Part shown: positions 45,784 to 61,402 of the stretch, in pieces
Layout of the letters: every line of letters starts with the position of its first letter
How positions within the stretch are numbered: the first letter of the stretch is position 1
Assembly (NCBI GenBank): GCA_012295275.1
Contig: CM022667.1
Coordinates: 11,408,001 to 11,472,000, forward strand
DNA length: 64,000 bases
Reading direction: 5' to 3'
Source: Chrysomallon squamiferum
Lineage: Eukaryota > Animalia > Mollusca
Program-made: the position numbers and the translations under genes
The notes under the pieces: model-generated
Told to the model about the DNA's origin: nothing
Database searches by the model: none
Seen by the model: only the letters and a program-made list of their open reading frames with translations

Positions 45784-46123
45784 TAGTATGTTCTATGTTT
45801 AGGCTCAGCTAAGTGAATGAGACCTATGCGGCTATTTGCAAAGAAGGTAGGCAAGAATTAAAGATAGAAAAAAACAGGAATGAAAGGTGACAGAATGAAG
45901 GAACGATAAAAGAAAGAGGGAAGACAAGAAAAAATTGTTACACAGATTGGTGGATAAAAAACTTATATAGATAGATATTACATACTTACATACATATATG
46001 TGCGTATATATATATATATATACACACACACACGCACAATTATATACATATATATATATATACACATATACATAACATACGTACTTAAAAACATACATAC
46101 ATACATAGTATGAATTTACATAT

Positions 46124-46197
<74 letters not shown>

Positions 46198-47304
46198 AAA
46201 AGATTAAAACAGATGAAGTGATTAATGAAAAAATAAAGAAAATGTGTATCTGTGTGTGTGTTATATATATAGATACACACACAGTATACCTGTTAGATAA
46301 ACAGTACGGAAAAATAAAGAAAAGATAAGAAAGAATACCATTCAAATAAATTTGACTAAAAAGGACGTGGAATTTCAAATGAAATGGATACAGTAAAGAG
46401 CTTGCAGTGAATAAATTGCAGCTGAAGACGTTTATATAACACACGCTTCAGTTATCCAGCGCTCTATTTTCTTTTATCACGACTTATCCGTGAACCCCAT
46501 TAAGTCCGTTTACATTCAGATGTAACATATTGCCACCGTTGATTGTATCACATCGTCAGCCACGACGTGGCATACGACATAGCGATTAAACCCCCAGCAG
46601 CATTCGGCAGATATATCAGAAGATAGCCAGAATAAAATATCTCAGACCACACTTTTTTTTCTTTCGTCGGCTTCTAATCGTTATCAGATCCGAGGCGAAA
46701 AAGTTTATATTTTCTTTGAGATAAGTTTCTTGACAAATTTGTTTTGTAACAGATTTTAATGAACGAGACTTCCTTGAAGAAAAAAAAAAAAAAAAAACTG
46801 GGAAAGGGAAGAAAAATGCATATTGTTTTGTAATAAGGAAGTTTTATAGAGCTATAGGGCCTATAAAAAAAAAAAAAAAAAATTTAAAATGTAAATTTAA
46901 AACAGGATTAAAAAAAATGAAAAATAGTTGTAAAATGAAGAGATAATTTAGAGTCACAAACTAAATTTGGAACATGGTTTTAAATTTAAATGTCTTTAAA
47001 GTTCGGATTTATTTATAAATAATTTTTATAGGGTATAAAGTGTTGTTTTTTTTGCTTGTATAATGCGATAAATTTTAAGCATACTTTTTAAACGCTTTAC
47101 ATAATCCAAACACTTCTTAATGATAAAGGAAAGAACGAATGAATAAATGATGAACGAACGAGCAAATTAAAGAATGAAAGAACGATTGAACGAACAAGCG
47201 ACTGAATAAATACTTAACAGGATCCAAACATGAAAACATGAGAACGTGTATTGTTTTTAAACGTCCACAAAAGATCCTAGATGATGCAATACCTTGATAA
47301 TTAA

Positions 47305-47336
<32 letters not shown>

Positions 47337-48036
47337 AATAACAGCTTGCAACGAGAAACGATCCCGGTAGTTAACGGTCCTCAGATATGAAGGTTAACTG
47401 TTACACAATCCATATTCAAGGCTAAGTAAAAAACAAAGAATCTACAAATATGATAACAGCCGGTACTGGGAACCGATCTCTGAACATACCAGTCCTCAAA
47501 ACTTTGATTTAATACATGTAACTCAGATGTTAGATTAGTTCAGACTCTTGAAACGATTTGTAAAGCTCCACTATTTACTAGCGAAATATTTCAAAGCGGA
47601 GAAATGAAAAAAATCCGGTAATAACACATATAGATAACACATATAGTAGGTTTATGGGAAACACAAGAACAAGAACGAGTAAAACAAAAAATTTAAAAGA
47701 AAAAAAAAAAAAAAACCAGAGAGAAATAAAAGAAATAGAAGGAATAAGAAAACAGAAAAGATGGTATAAAATGAAGACGGTAAACTCATAAAACTGTTTT
47801 GCCTTTTTTCTGATCGATTCTTAAGAACAGATATTTTGAGTTATTAAAAGGTATCTTCTATTTTTGTACGTTTATTTTTGTATATATTTCATAGTTTAAA
47901 AAAAAATAAGAATGGAGTAACTGTGGATGGTATTTTGCTAAAGGAACGATAAAAAGTAATCTAATATAGGACTAAAAGAAAATAATAAACAGTAAAAGAA
48001 GAAAGAGCGAAAGAGTGAAAGAAAGAAAACGAAAAT

Positions 48037-48083
<47 letters not shown>

Positions 48084-48745
48084 TGAAACAAAAGAAGAAA
48101 GAAATAAATCCTTTTATGTATGTCACGGAATATGTTATGATTTCAAAGCCAATAAAAACAACATTTGTAATAATAACAGAGTTTTGAAATATATCAATAG
48201 AATAATTTGTAATAATTGTATCTTTAAAATATTAATAACATATTATTATCTACATCTTTAATCTCTGGACTTTAATCTCTGGAAGATCGATAAGTTCTTA
48301 ACGATTAAGCCTAAGGCAATGTCGTCATCACATAAAACTTTTTATATCATTTAACAAAAACCAGCAGATTAATATTTATTATGTAGATTTGTTTGTGTAT
48401 TTGTGTAGTAACTTTTACCTATTTCTATTGTTTATATTGTTAAAGAGGCTATTTCTTTCACATTTTTCTTTTCAACATCTTTTTTTTTTTTTTTTTTTTT
48501 TCTTAAGGACAATATCATAACATTTGTTTTCCTTGATATTCTAAAGATAAAATCGGCAAAAATAATCTGCTTAAAGAAAAAAAATCTTGAATTATTTACA
48601 AATAAATAATATATTAGAAATACACGTGGTAATAAATAAATAATCGTTATTAACACACAAACCAATAAAAATATTTAAAAATAAAAATAATAAAAAATAA
48701 TAAAAAAAACAAAAATAAACAAACAAATAAATACAAAGGACTTAC

Positions 48746-48767
48746 CAATCTTCCAGAGAAACGTCAT
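48746..48767 (-). CDS. Neto: First coding exon (ATG) of Neto-like gene
   Basis: gaaaATG ACG TTT CTC TGG AAG ATT G|gtaagt: consensus donor, phase 1, gives MTFLWKI(A), which completes a canonical signal peptide with exon 2. Preceded by a CpG-rich non-repetitive segment consistent with a 5'UTR/promoter. Confidence 0.75.
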
Positions 48768-49260
48768 TTTCAAAATGGCCACTGAACAAAAAGAACACAC
48801 GTGAACGTTTTAAAAACAAATCACAGGTATAATAATCCTACACAACAACAGTCCTCCGACACGAAGATACCTCCGTAGTCTGTGCCTACACTCCTCGCTT
48901 GCAACGCTCGAAGACGATCCGACACCCCGCTCTCTTTTCTCTCTCTCTCTCTCTTTTCCCTCGCGCCCCTTTCAGCCGGTAATCAATCGTAGGCGCGCTG
49001 CACGAGAGCGCGTGCTGTGTAGTATTTTTCTCAGAGCGAGAACCACCGTCCTTAATGTCGTCTGCGAAACGTTGACTTTCTTGCTGCTCACTGCAGGCAG
49101 ACGTCACGCTTTGGCGCGATATGATCCGTGCAGGGATTTCAAAGCAGACGTAACCAACAGGTTGCTTTAATGAAAACAGGACCGAAAACAACCCGTACGT
49201 GAAGATATGAGAAGTAGCAGACATTGGTTGTTTACTTGTGGACTTTGTGTCTTTACGCAA
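48768..49260 (-). promoter_or_regulatory. Putative 5'UTR and proximal promoter of Neto-like gene
   Basis: CpG-rich unique island (gcgcgctg, gagagcgcgtg, CRE-like half site gacgtcac near 49100) immediately upstream of the ATG exon; TSS not determinable from sequence. Confidence 0.5.
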
Positions 49261-49495
49261 TTTTTTTTCTTTATTTATTATTTTTTTTTTTTTTTTTATT
49301 TTTTTTTATTTTTTTTTTTTTGTCTTTTTATTCTTATTTATTTTCGCCCAGATGACAGGAAACTGTGCAACAAAACAAAAAAAAACGCTTTGAGCATGAA
49401 TGAACGTTTATTTACGTTTTTTTTTGCATGATGTTTGGTTGTTGTAACATGGCTTACACACCTAACGTCATTTTCTGAACCACTGGAATTTCAAA

Positions 49496-49530
<35 letters not shown>

Positions 49531-50835
49531 ATCCTTAGATATCTATCTAATATACAAAGCAACGTTGGTCTGAGGAACAGTGGCAAATAGTTCCATATGT
49601 CCTTATGTGTTCTTTGAACAGGGAGCGAACTTTGGTATTTTTTTGTTTTTTCTGAATTCACTCGTCGGCTGTCCAGGAAATCTGGCTGTGTTCACGCGTC
49701 AGAAGTTGCTGCAGTTATTGAATAAGCGAATGTACTGGCAAAACAGAAACAATAACGTAACGTAAAGCGAAAATGAAAAACAATAATAAGAAAAGAGAAA
49801 AAACAACAAAAAACTTAGAGTGAAAAACAACAAGCGTTTTGTACGTGCTTTCGACAAAACAATTATTTTTTTTTCAGGCTTGATTTTGTTTCTTGTTCTG
49901 TTCAGCTGTCATTTTGAATTAAGTTTGTTGTGCTGTGTGTTCGTTCACATTCTCAGTACTTACGTATTCATTGCGCATGCAGATAGGTGCAGTACAGACG
50001 ATTTGTTTCCTCTGAAGCAGTTCGTATCTTAATTCTATCGCTAATTGTTTTGTTTCGTTCTCCTAGTGTGTGAATGTGTGTGCGTGTGCGTGTGTTTGTG
50101 TGCGTCTCTGTTTAGAACGGTTGTCATATACATCAGAGCAATAACGTTGTGACGTTTTCAGATTATTAACTATGACGTATAGTAAAATGTATTTTTTCTG
50201 ATTCTTGGTTTTTTATTATTACTTTGAGTTTTAAAGGTAGTTTGATACATACTTTGTGCTTGTGCGTGTGTGTGCGTGTGTGTGAATGACCTGTCGTGTT
50301 CTTTTATGTATATATCTATTCATATTAAATAGACGGAAACACACAACCTGATATATACACATATACACATGTACACACACACACTCAAACACACGCGCGC
50401 GCGCGCACACATACATTCAAAATTCACTGAAATAATCAAAAAAACACACACACATACACACATCAGTTATTTTTATCTAGAACCTTTTAGTATAATACAA
50501 AAATAAACTGTACGTTTTCATAAACAAACGTAAAATATTCTGTTACCCAAAACGAGAGTACGAAGGCAGGAAAACAATTTCCTTAAAATGATTGTCATGG
50601 TTGTTTGTATGGTCGCAATTATAACTATTTCGTTTGGTCTAGGCGGCCACGTTTTACACATGTTCCTAATAACTTAGTTCCTGTAGCAAAGTGTCGTATT
50701 TTCTGACTGCAGTTTTAATGTCAATACAATGCTCTGTACGCCTTCCTTATGTCGTTCACAACAATTTGATTTCTGACCAGTCAAAATGATTAGAAATAAA
50801 AACTCTTTTATTTCTATGTTATCTTAGACTAATCT

Positions 50836-50903
50836 GCGTTTGTGGAGCATTTTCTGGAACGGGAACTAACCGCCAAAAGAGCAGCGCAGTGTTGGTTTGA
50901 TCA
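50836..50903 (-). mobile_element. Short SINE fragment
   Basis: gtggagcattttctggaacgggaactaa matches the ggaacgggaaa block of the 19.5 kb copy. Confidence 0.4.
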
Positions 50904-50965
50904 GTTCTATAAAATTATTAAATACTTCATCCAGTAATATAATAATGATGATGATGATGATGATG

Positions 50966-51024
<59 letters not shown>

Positions 51025-51566
51025 CTGTGTGCATCCGAAGGGATTACCTACTTATAAGAATAAATATTCAAGTACGCCTGCAGTGTTAATTTTTCGTGCT
51101 ATCGCCGTCAGAGACACGTTATAAACAACTAGAGAAGCTGTAAGAGAATCGTTAAATTAATTCTGTATTTGTACTTCGAATTAGCATCAGGCGTTTACAA
51201 CGATAGGAAGCAGTTACCATAATATAAAGCCCACTAAAACAGTAATATAGGTGTCAGACAGTAAGGACCGAATAGTGTACAACCACTTCTAACCCGGCCT
51301 TCGAGTTTACTTAGGCTCAGGCAGGGTAACGGACGGGTTCTTTCAGCACACAAACACACAAACACACACACACAGACACTGACTTGAACAGGCCATCCAG
51401 TGAAAAGACATGTGTTACGACCCTCGTAAGTTAATGTCAGGGATCTCGGTTGACTAATTACGAGCACATGGGAACCGAATCTTCAGTTCGCAGCAGCAAC
51501 CGTCTCTGCCAGTAATGTTACCTAGGTTTATAACGTATGGGTTCTGCTGGAAGGCGCGCGTGCGTG

Positions 51567-51645
<79 letters not shown>

Positions 51646-51658
51646 TGTGTGTGTGAGA

Positions 51659-51757
<99 letters not shown>

Positions 51758-51965
51758 GGCGCTGTTGACGTATTGGCGCAGTGGTCAGTCACGTTGTTGT
51801 CGTTGTTGGTTTGGAAGTGTTCCAAGATTTTGAGATTTATGTGTGTGTTGTTGTAGTTTTGGGGTTTGGCTTTTTTTTTCGGGGAAGGAGGAGGGTGGTT
51901 GTTTATTTGGTTGCCTGATTGATTGTTTTGTTGCTGTTGTTGCTTTGTTGTTGTTTGTTAGCTAT

Positions 51966-52003
<38 letters not shown>

Positions 52004-52446
52004 ATTATTAGTAGCAGTAGTAGTAGTAGTAGTAGTATCATTGATATCATCATCATCATTCGTAGTATTTATGTATTAATTAATTAATTTTCTTACTTAC
52101 TTATTTATATTTCTAATTGTTTTGAGACCTCTGAGTTTTTAAATTTTTGGTAATATTTAATTTACATAAAATGTATTATTGTCACGTTTCTTTTTGCATG
52201 TGCATGTTTGTTTAGTTTGGTTCTTATTTTTTATTTTTTATTTATATATCTATTTATTTATTCATTTATTTATTTATTTATTTATTTTAGTTGTTGTTTC
52301 AAGTTTTTTTTCTCCAACCCACCCCTTCTCTCTCATTCACGCTCATTAATTATCTATATATATATATATATGTGAGTCTCTCTCTCTCTCCCTCTCTGCG
52401 TTTCCTTAATTACCACTAAGTTTCTAAAAATATACCCTGTTTTATC

Positions 52447-52548
<102 letters not shown>

Positions 52549-53191
52549 TAATCAATTCGCTTAGGATGAACCATTATTTTTGTCTTTCAACACCAAAACA
52601 TAAACGTTTCACAGCCTTTTTTGATTCACGATTTCACGCCATCTTTTATTTAATTAATATTATTTTTTTTTTCTTACAGGTGAAAAAAGAAGAAGAAGAA
52701 GAAGAAGAAGAAGAAGAAAAAAACGATATTGGTAGAATGGTGTTCAAAATCATTTAGTGCCTCACTCTTTCAACTTGAACTGGGGAGATGATGGAGATTC
52801 GAGTGTATGATGTCTTTTCCAGATCGCTTATCTTGTTCTAACGGTCAGTTCTCAGTCAAGCCAAACACTTAAACAAGACACTCGACTGATAGAATTTTTA
52901 TAGCTTCTTCTATTCGCCGACTGCCTCCGAAAACAAGAGGCGTTAGTTTTGCTTGTGAAAATGGACGTGTGAAATTCATACGCGGTGGAAAAAAAACATT
53001 TTGACGTGCGCTGGTTACAAAAAAAGCTGGGGCGTGTCAGGCTTTCGCTTATGTTTTTGTTATTTTATTTCAAGATATAATACATGTAAAGTCTACACGT
53101 GTGATGAATAGGTTTGATTTGGACAGCTGGAAAGAGAGTTCGGTAGTGACGACAAATGGTTATATTTGTTCGCTTCCGACGAAAAGATTCA

Positions 53192-53245
<54 letters not shown>

Positions 53246-53587
53246 TGAATATAATTATTATGTGTGCGTATGAAACTGGATATATTAGCACGTGCGTTTT
53301 TAATCTGTGCGCTAACAGTTCATGAGATGTTGTCGTGTCCTTTCTTTCTTTCTTTCTTTCTTTCTTACTTCTTTTATTTAAATATATATTATTTACTTAT
53401 TTATTTGTACGTTGCCGTTGTAAAAATCAAATTTATTAGGAAAGCATTTACAACAGGTAATTGCTAGATGGTTAGATTTATTTTTATGAACCTGTTAGTT
53501 TTCTTTCTCTTTATCTAATTAGGGATCTATGTATCCATCCATCCATTAATCCATTTATCATCCTGTCTGTCTGTCTGTCTATCTATC

Positions 53588-53622
<35 letters not shown>

Positions 53623-53670
53623 TCTTACTCTCTTCTTCGATAGATCTTTATAACTTTCTCTCTCTCTCTC

Positions 53671-53735
<65 letters not shown>

Positions 53736-54098
53736 CTAATTTCTCTTTTCTCTAAATATCCTTTTTTAAATTTTTATTTGATAAATGTTCCCTCTGTAAT
53801 TCTGCGGTATACAAGCTGTGTAACATTAAAAACAAAGTCGAACCCTTCATGCAACAAAAACAAATCCGAAAGTTTAATTGAGTAAACGACGACATCTGGA
53901 ATCCGAGGTTGCCACAATAAACTTCGGTGCAGCTCCAAACAACGCTTCCCACATAACTCCTCAACCTATGCACGTATGCGTCACGTGACATCATATATTA
54001 TGTCTTAATTTCCTCATTAAAGTGCGGCACTATTGGCTGCATTCTATTAACTTATTGATGAACGATAATGGCGTGCTCGCTCGTGGTAATGTGCGAAC

Positions 54099-54117
54099 TG
54101 GCCACCAGATGGCAGCA
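54099..54117 (+). promoter_or_regulatory. CTCF motif (near-perfect)
   Basis: TGGCCACCAGATGGCAGCA closely matches the 19-bp bilaterian CTCF consensus. Confidence 0.65.
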
Positions 54118-54640
54118 TGTTCGGCTGCACGGGCTTGGAAGACGATATTCGTTGACGTGTTTTGTATGACGTCATTTTATACATTTATCTGCAGTCCGCA
54201 TGGGGATGTTCGTAAGAGTTCGGGATTTTCCGATGGTTATGCATGGGTTTGAATGCTAATGTAAACTTCGAAAGGCGTTCGTGCGTACTTCGCACATGAG
54301 TGCGCGTGAAAGTATGCTTCAGTGTGCCTTCTCAGAGTTCAGACAAACCTTAATAGAAAAGATCCGCTTATGTAGACGCTGTCACTTAAAGTTCGATATG
54401 ACGCCTTAAAATGAAGTTAAACTGACATTATGGAGGCAAGCATTAATTAATTATCATATTTGAATTTAAACAAGAAATTACAAAAATATTTCTTTGTGAA
54501 AAAAAAAATAGAAATCGGTGATAACAATAATAAAAAAATCGATAGCAATAATAAATAATAATAATAATAATAACAACAACCAAATGAAATAAAAATGAAT
54601 CCTTTTTCTAATATTTAAAACTTTTCTTTTCTAAAACACA

Positions 54641-54672
<32 letters not shown>

Positions 54673-55232
54673 ACACGCAAATTCATATCTGTCAGCAAAT
54701 ATACACAAACACACGCTGCAAGATGTTCAAAACCTTCAAATCTTCAGTTTTCCAAACTTCTGTAACTGTCATGATACCCATGACAGACTGGATCTGTTTC
54801 CCGGTCATTAATCTTCGAAGAAACAAAATTCCAGAGACACCGTGATGTACAAACTATTAACTGCGACACCGCGAGTATTTTTTTTAATAATTACATGTTC
54901 ATTTCAAACCCGGCACGACATCGAGAAAGCACCACTGACAGACGTCGTCTAACGATCTGCAGATGTCTGTGTCGATGCTGTTTTGATACTTTGAACATTA
55001 GGAAATGGGTTAAATTTCAACGAAACAGTAAGCTTGCTTAAAGTGATTTTTGAGAAAAACGTAACTGTATATGGACGAGGCATTTTTCCTGCATTATCCT
55101 ATTTTGTTTTACATTCTGTGTGATGTGTGTTTACGCATTCTCGTGTGCAAACTGGCGCATGCGTGCGGGCATTTTCGTGCATCTTAGAGTGTTTGAGTGT
55201 TCATTATGTATACATACATACATATATTACAC

Positions 55233-55263
<31 letters not shown>

Positions 55264-57174
55264 GACAAAACGCACATTCATACATATAGACACACATACA
55301 TACATTTATACATCTAGCTAAATATAAACGTATGTATGCGTGTGTCTATCTTACAGATGTGTTCAGACATGCAAACACGTGTGCATACTTATTTGTACGT
55401 GCATATTATTTTTTTCTTGTGCATGACCAGTGTTACTACAAACTTAAATCTAATCATTCATAGTTAACAGGGTTAAGTCTGAACCAACAAATCGATATGC
55501 CTCTGTCTAACCCCTTTTACACCACGCTAACTCTGTCTGGTCAAACATGACGATTTTTGTATTGTTCTGAAATCTGACGCCTTGTCCCTACTTCAGGCTA
55601 ACCAAACGACGTACAAGATCATTATCCCTTCATTTCTTTGGATCTTATCTCCTAACATATTAACCCTTGTACGATAATGCGTGTACAGTATACCCTTGAG
55701 AAATGCGTGCCCATGAAAGATGCTTTCTTGTACCGACTTTGTCTCGTATAGCACTTCTAAAACTCCGCAAATCTAAATCTACGATTCCATTAAACAGCAC
55801 TCGCAAAGAAGACGTTCAAAAACAAGTTATTTTTCACTTCAGTAACAATACCCCAGTTCGTTACTTCCAGCCCTCCGATTCAACAAGTATTCTTTTAATC
55901 ACGTTCTCGACATGGATTAATTACCGCAGGTCAGCCATAAATTCGAATTAACGTCCTTGGCTCCACGACTAATGATTTCGCGTAGTCGGCCATAATTGTT
56001 AGCAGTTGTTGTTAAGACGCCCGCTGCGCCTTTTTCCCAAGAGCACCAACCTGCCGTGTTAGACGGGAGACGTGGTCGACAAAGACGCCACTGGATTGAA
56101 ACTGACTCAACGAAACAGACATGATTAATAGTCTACAGCTGGGGGAAAAGGAAACCGAATAATAATTCAAATTTTTAATACGGTGATATAATGTGACAAA
56201 AATTAAAAATGAAAGTAAAAGACATTTCTGATGTAATCTATGTAAATTACTAAAAAAAAAAAAATGGCCTTGAAAGACATGGATGAATAAATAAATATTT
56301 GGCTAACGATGTCTACGATTTATTATTTTTTTATTAAATCGTTATTAGCTGTGAAACATATGTTGGTTTTATTTTTTTAATTTTTTTTATTTTTATTTTT
56401 ATATATATATATATATTTTGATTCATTTATTTATTTATTTGTTTATTTGTTTGTTTTGTAGTTTATTTATTTACTTGGTCATCTATTTATTTATTATTAA
56501 TATTAATTATTACTGTTTTGGTTTTTTTTTCTTGTTGCTGAGGATGATGGTTTTATAATTGACTTTTTGTTGTTTTTTTACGTCCATTTTTCCTATAAGA
56601 ATATTTTTATTATTATTATTTATTGCTTTTGTCATTATCGTCGCCATCATCATTATTTTATCATCATCATCATTATTATTATCATCATCATCATCGTTAT
56701 TATCATCATCATCATCATCGTCATCATTATTGCTGTTGTTGTTGTTGCAACTGTTGCAGTTGTTGTCTTTATGGTCGTTAGATTGTTGTTGCTGTTGTAG
56801 CTCCTCGAAGGAACGCCATTGTTTTCTGTCTTATCCTTCATCCTCTATTTCATTTTAAAACAAAGTTTTCTTCTTTTATGCTGTTCTGTAACATGAAACC
56901 TGACTTCTAATTAATGTATCGGAAGGACTATTCTCTCGGATACACTTCTCACAAAGTTGTAACTAAAAACGTACTGGCTGATTTATTTTTATAATTCCTC
57001 AAAAACAAAATACTGATGGAATGATTCATGATGTTAGTTAGAAATTATTCAACAGAATGTATTGAAGACAGAAAACGAAAAGGATGAAAAAAAAAGAACA
57101 AAGAAAGAAAAGGAAATAACAGAAAGGCAAAGAAAGAAAGTTAAAAGATAATATTGAGAAAAAGCAAGAAAGAA

Positions 57175-57271
<97 letters not shown>

Positions 57272-58159
57272 TCTCTCTCAAACAAGAACAAAAAATAAAA
57301 TTTAAAAACAGCAGAATAATAACAAAAAAATAAAAATAAACCTTTTCTTTCGTAACATTGAGAAGTCATTTCTCAAAATCTCTCTCAATTACGATGTCTT
57401 CCATATGGCAATGTCTTCATTTCTCAATAATAAACCCTGACAGTGTTACTGTCTATCTGCACAAACATATGGTAACCTGGATGGGTTTCGCACACGTGAT
57501 AAAACCATGCTACTACTTGAAAGAAGCGAAGTTTTATCACGACACTTATTTTCCAGGGTGTTCATCAATTTTGTGCGAGGGATGAATTCCGACCTGATAC
57601 TTACTTAGATATCTGAGTTAAGTTTAAAACCTAGAATATATAAACGTATATATATATGTGTGTGTGTGTATATAAAGGTAATTAAATAAAATTTCCCATA
57701 AGAATAAAAAAAAAATAATAATAAATTATATATATATATAGTTTTATGTTACAGGTATAATCTCTGTTTAGTTTAATATATGCTTGGAGTGTTTAATATT
57801 AAACAGAACGTGTTAAATTTGAAAATACAGGGTTTTTTTTTTTATATCTGACGCCTTCGCTACACCTAAGTCGTTAAGTTATTATTTTTGTTTTTATTTT
57901 ATTGTGTATTTATATTTATTTATTTATTACTGTTATATATATATTTTTTATATTTATTATTGTTTTTTATTGTTATTATTATTTTTATTATTATTATTAT
58001 TGTTATTATTATTTATTTATTTATTTATTTATTTATTGTGAAGACAAAATTAAGACAAAATTCAGTTCAAAGAAATGAAATGAAATAAAACAATATGAAA
58101 TATATAGTGAGTTAGAAATTATTATATATAGAATTATTTTTTATTATTATTATTATTAT

Positions 58160-58221
<62 letters not shown>

Positions 58222-58332
58222 ACACAGAAAGAAAGAAAGTAAAATGACGAAGAATAATCTAACAAAATTAGCTACTGAAAAATACAAAGCTGGGGATTCT
58301 TCAAGAGCTTTTTCTCTGTTAATGAATTGTCG

Positions 58333-58394
<62 letters not shown>

Positions 58395-59261
58395 TTCTAT
58401 AAGAAGAGCAAAATGAACAACAGATGAAGAAGAATGATAATTCCGGCCATTTTAAACTAACTGAACAAAATCGTTCTCTTTTCTTCTTCAATCTCTAAAC
58501 AAATTCCAAAAGTGCATGGTCCAAATGAGTTCTTTGTTCTAACTTAAAATGAAGCTCATAAGACTGGCAGACTTGCTACTAAATATTAATTTTAGATATT
58601 TTTCTTCACCACGTAGACATTCTTTTACTTTCTCAGCTGTGAATAACGCAATTACGGGACCAGTAGCTCTCCGCTAAGTGCCACTAAGTCACAAAACCGG
58701 ACACTGACCTCGAATTCCCGGCTTAGTGATGATACAATGAAATGTGCATTTGTTTATCGAGACTTTGCCACATTACAAATGGCTGACCTTCCAGAGAATG
58801 TGAAAGGGGTTCGCACTTCTAACCAATCATTCAGATGCGGATCCATGATTTACATTTTGAAAAAAAAAAAAAAAAGGAGATTTCATCACTGTTTCAGATA
58901 TTTCTCGAGCAAAACGATAAAAGAGTTTCAGAAGATTAAAGATAAAGGAATATTTTAGAATGCTTAAATATCTGATGTATTTGTGTGTATATATGTATGT
59001 ATGTATATATGTATGTGTGTGTGTATGTATGTATGTATGTATGTATATATGTATGTATATATGTATGTACATGTGTTTGTATATATGTGCATATATAGGT
59101 AGGTATGTATATGTGTGTGTATGTCAGCATATATTTATTATTTATTAATTTTATTTACCTTTAAAGTTTCAGTTGCTAATATTACTATTTCAACTACTAC
59201 TAGTACTACTTCCTTCATTTACAGGGATACACGACTGAAATAATTATTATTTAGAATTATA

Positions 59262-59368
<107 letters not shown>

Positions 59369-60018
59369 CTGAGAAACTAACATCATGGCAGTATCCATGC
59401 CCTAGCAGTATCCATATTGCAAATTTATTTTAGGAACATAAATATTTTAACTTCGTACCAAGTTTAATTAACAAGCCCCGATCCTGTATAAAGAACGAGG
59501 TAATTACTTGACCTCTTTTTTTTAAAGAATTAACTCGATAACACAACAGAAATAGATAGCGTACTATCAGATATCAATCTATGGCGACCGCTGAAAGATG
59601 AGGCAGCTTCCGGTTTGAAAACGAGGTCATTACAGAGAAAACTCTGCTCGTTAATTGTTAAGAGAGGGGTAATGTTCATGCTGTTGTTGTTGCTGTTAGT
59701 TGACCGGGAGTTGGAGATTATAATACTTTTTCTCGCTTATTTTATTAAAATTTTGCGTATACGTAGAAACAGTTTATTGTATTTAAAGGAAAGAAAACTA
59801 TGAAAAAGATCTGTCTTCTTCGTCATCGCCTATTTTTTCTTCTTCTCGCTGTCACCATCAGCAGTATCATTACGATCATCATCATCATACTACTACTACT
59901 ATTACTATTACCAATACTACTCGTCTTATTTCTAATATAACTACAGTTAATAATACTACTACCATCAGCTTTATTGCTGTTTTATGCTTGCCATTGTCAC
60001 TTATTAATGATCTATCTA

Positions 60019-60052
<34 letters not shown>

Positions 60053-60090
60053 TTCATCTGTCTATATCCCTCCTCATCTTTTCTGTCTGA

Positions 60091-60123
<33 letters not shown>

Positions 60124-60866
60124 GCACATACACAGACATCCTATTATCTTCTCTGCTTTCCACTCATCTTCTTCCCAGAACATATTTTAAATACACGAAA
60201 TTAAATCAAAGTTTTGAGGGCAGGTCATATAGCTGTAACTAGCGAGCCCTAATGAGTTCAGAATATCTGAACCGCTTGAATGCGAACCGTAATGCGAACA
60301 CGGACCTGTGCCGCTGACACATGGAAAGATAATGAGATGCAAGGAGCATTCCCTTTGTCGTCAACGTCATAGATGCCGACACGTGTCAGTCTTTCGGCAT
60401 TTTCCGGAATCCAATCAACGTCTTGGTTTTCAAATCTCGTGTTTTTACGGCATATTTTCACAGGTTTTGGCATTTTTGTAGTTTTATGGAGTCCTCCGTT
60501 TTGGGGTTTTATTCCTTCGTCTAAGATACTGGTGTATATTAGCAGATAATTTAAAATAGAAAACAGAATTAAAAGAGAAAAACGTCTTGATGAAAACAGA
60601 AAAATACACCTAAAATAGTTTGTAAAAAAAAAACGAAAAAAGAACCGAAATGGAGAATGTTAATTAAGATAAACTGTTTATCTGATAAATCTTTGCTGAA
60701 AGTTTAAAAAAAAATTCAAGAGAATAAAACTTTTAACACATTATCGTTAAAATGTTTTTAAGTGTCGAGGTAATGAGGGTAAAATCTAAAAACGTCATGT
60801 AATAAATTATTTTTAGTAACAATGACATTATCTGGGGTCAGTTATATTTTTATTATTATTATTATA

Positions 60867-60935
<69 letters not shown>

Positions 60936-60965
60936 TAAATAATAAAAACAAAAACAATTAACAAT

Positions 60966-60998
<33 letters not shown>

Positions 60999-61347
60999 TA
61001 ATTAGATAACAAAAACAAAAGAAAATTTTGCCTTCCTGTTAACAAGAAAAAAATTTCCCACAACCTTAGTAAACGAGTCGTTGTATTATGGGTAGGACGG
61101 GAAATAACAAAACTGGTTCTATTAAGAGAACTGAAACGTACTGAATAAGGGCGTAGTAAAATTATTTTTTAAAAAAAAAAAAAAAAAAAAGAAAGAAGAA
61201 AAACAACACACATCTATTCACTTATTCTCACGTTCTGTTATGTATACTTCCATTTGCACTTACTCATTCATTCATTCACTAAACTAATTCATTCTCTCGC
61301 TTTGCAGTTACCGACTCGATTTTCTTCTCCACGGCTCCCGTACTCAC

Positions 61348-61402
61348 AGCCGCACAGACAGCGAAACAAGCAGACGCGGAATGTGTAACAGCAAACCATC
61401 AT
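61348..61402 (-). CDS. Candidate alternative upstream leader exon (MMVCCYTFRVCLFRCLCG), phase 1
   Basis: cgccATG Kozak-like start, in-frame upstream TGA, donor GCT|gtgagta, 55 nt (phase 1, compatible with exon 2); possible acceptor ttgttcttccgttttag| ending at 61441. Confidence 0.3.

Noticed and set aside
48886-49260. 124-aa minus-strand ORF upstream of exon 1
   Set aside because: Non-ATG start, includes a (GA)n tract; better explained as promoter/5'UTR sequence.
52680-52757. Plus-strand acceptor followed by VKKEEEE ORF
   Set aside because: Acceptor-like site arises from a poly-T run, the ORF is a (GAA)n microsatellite, and no partner exons were found.
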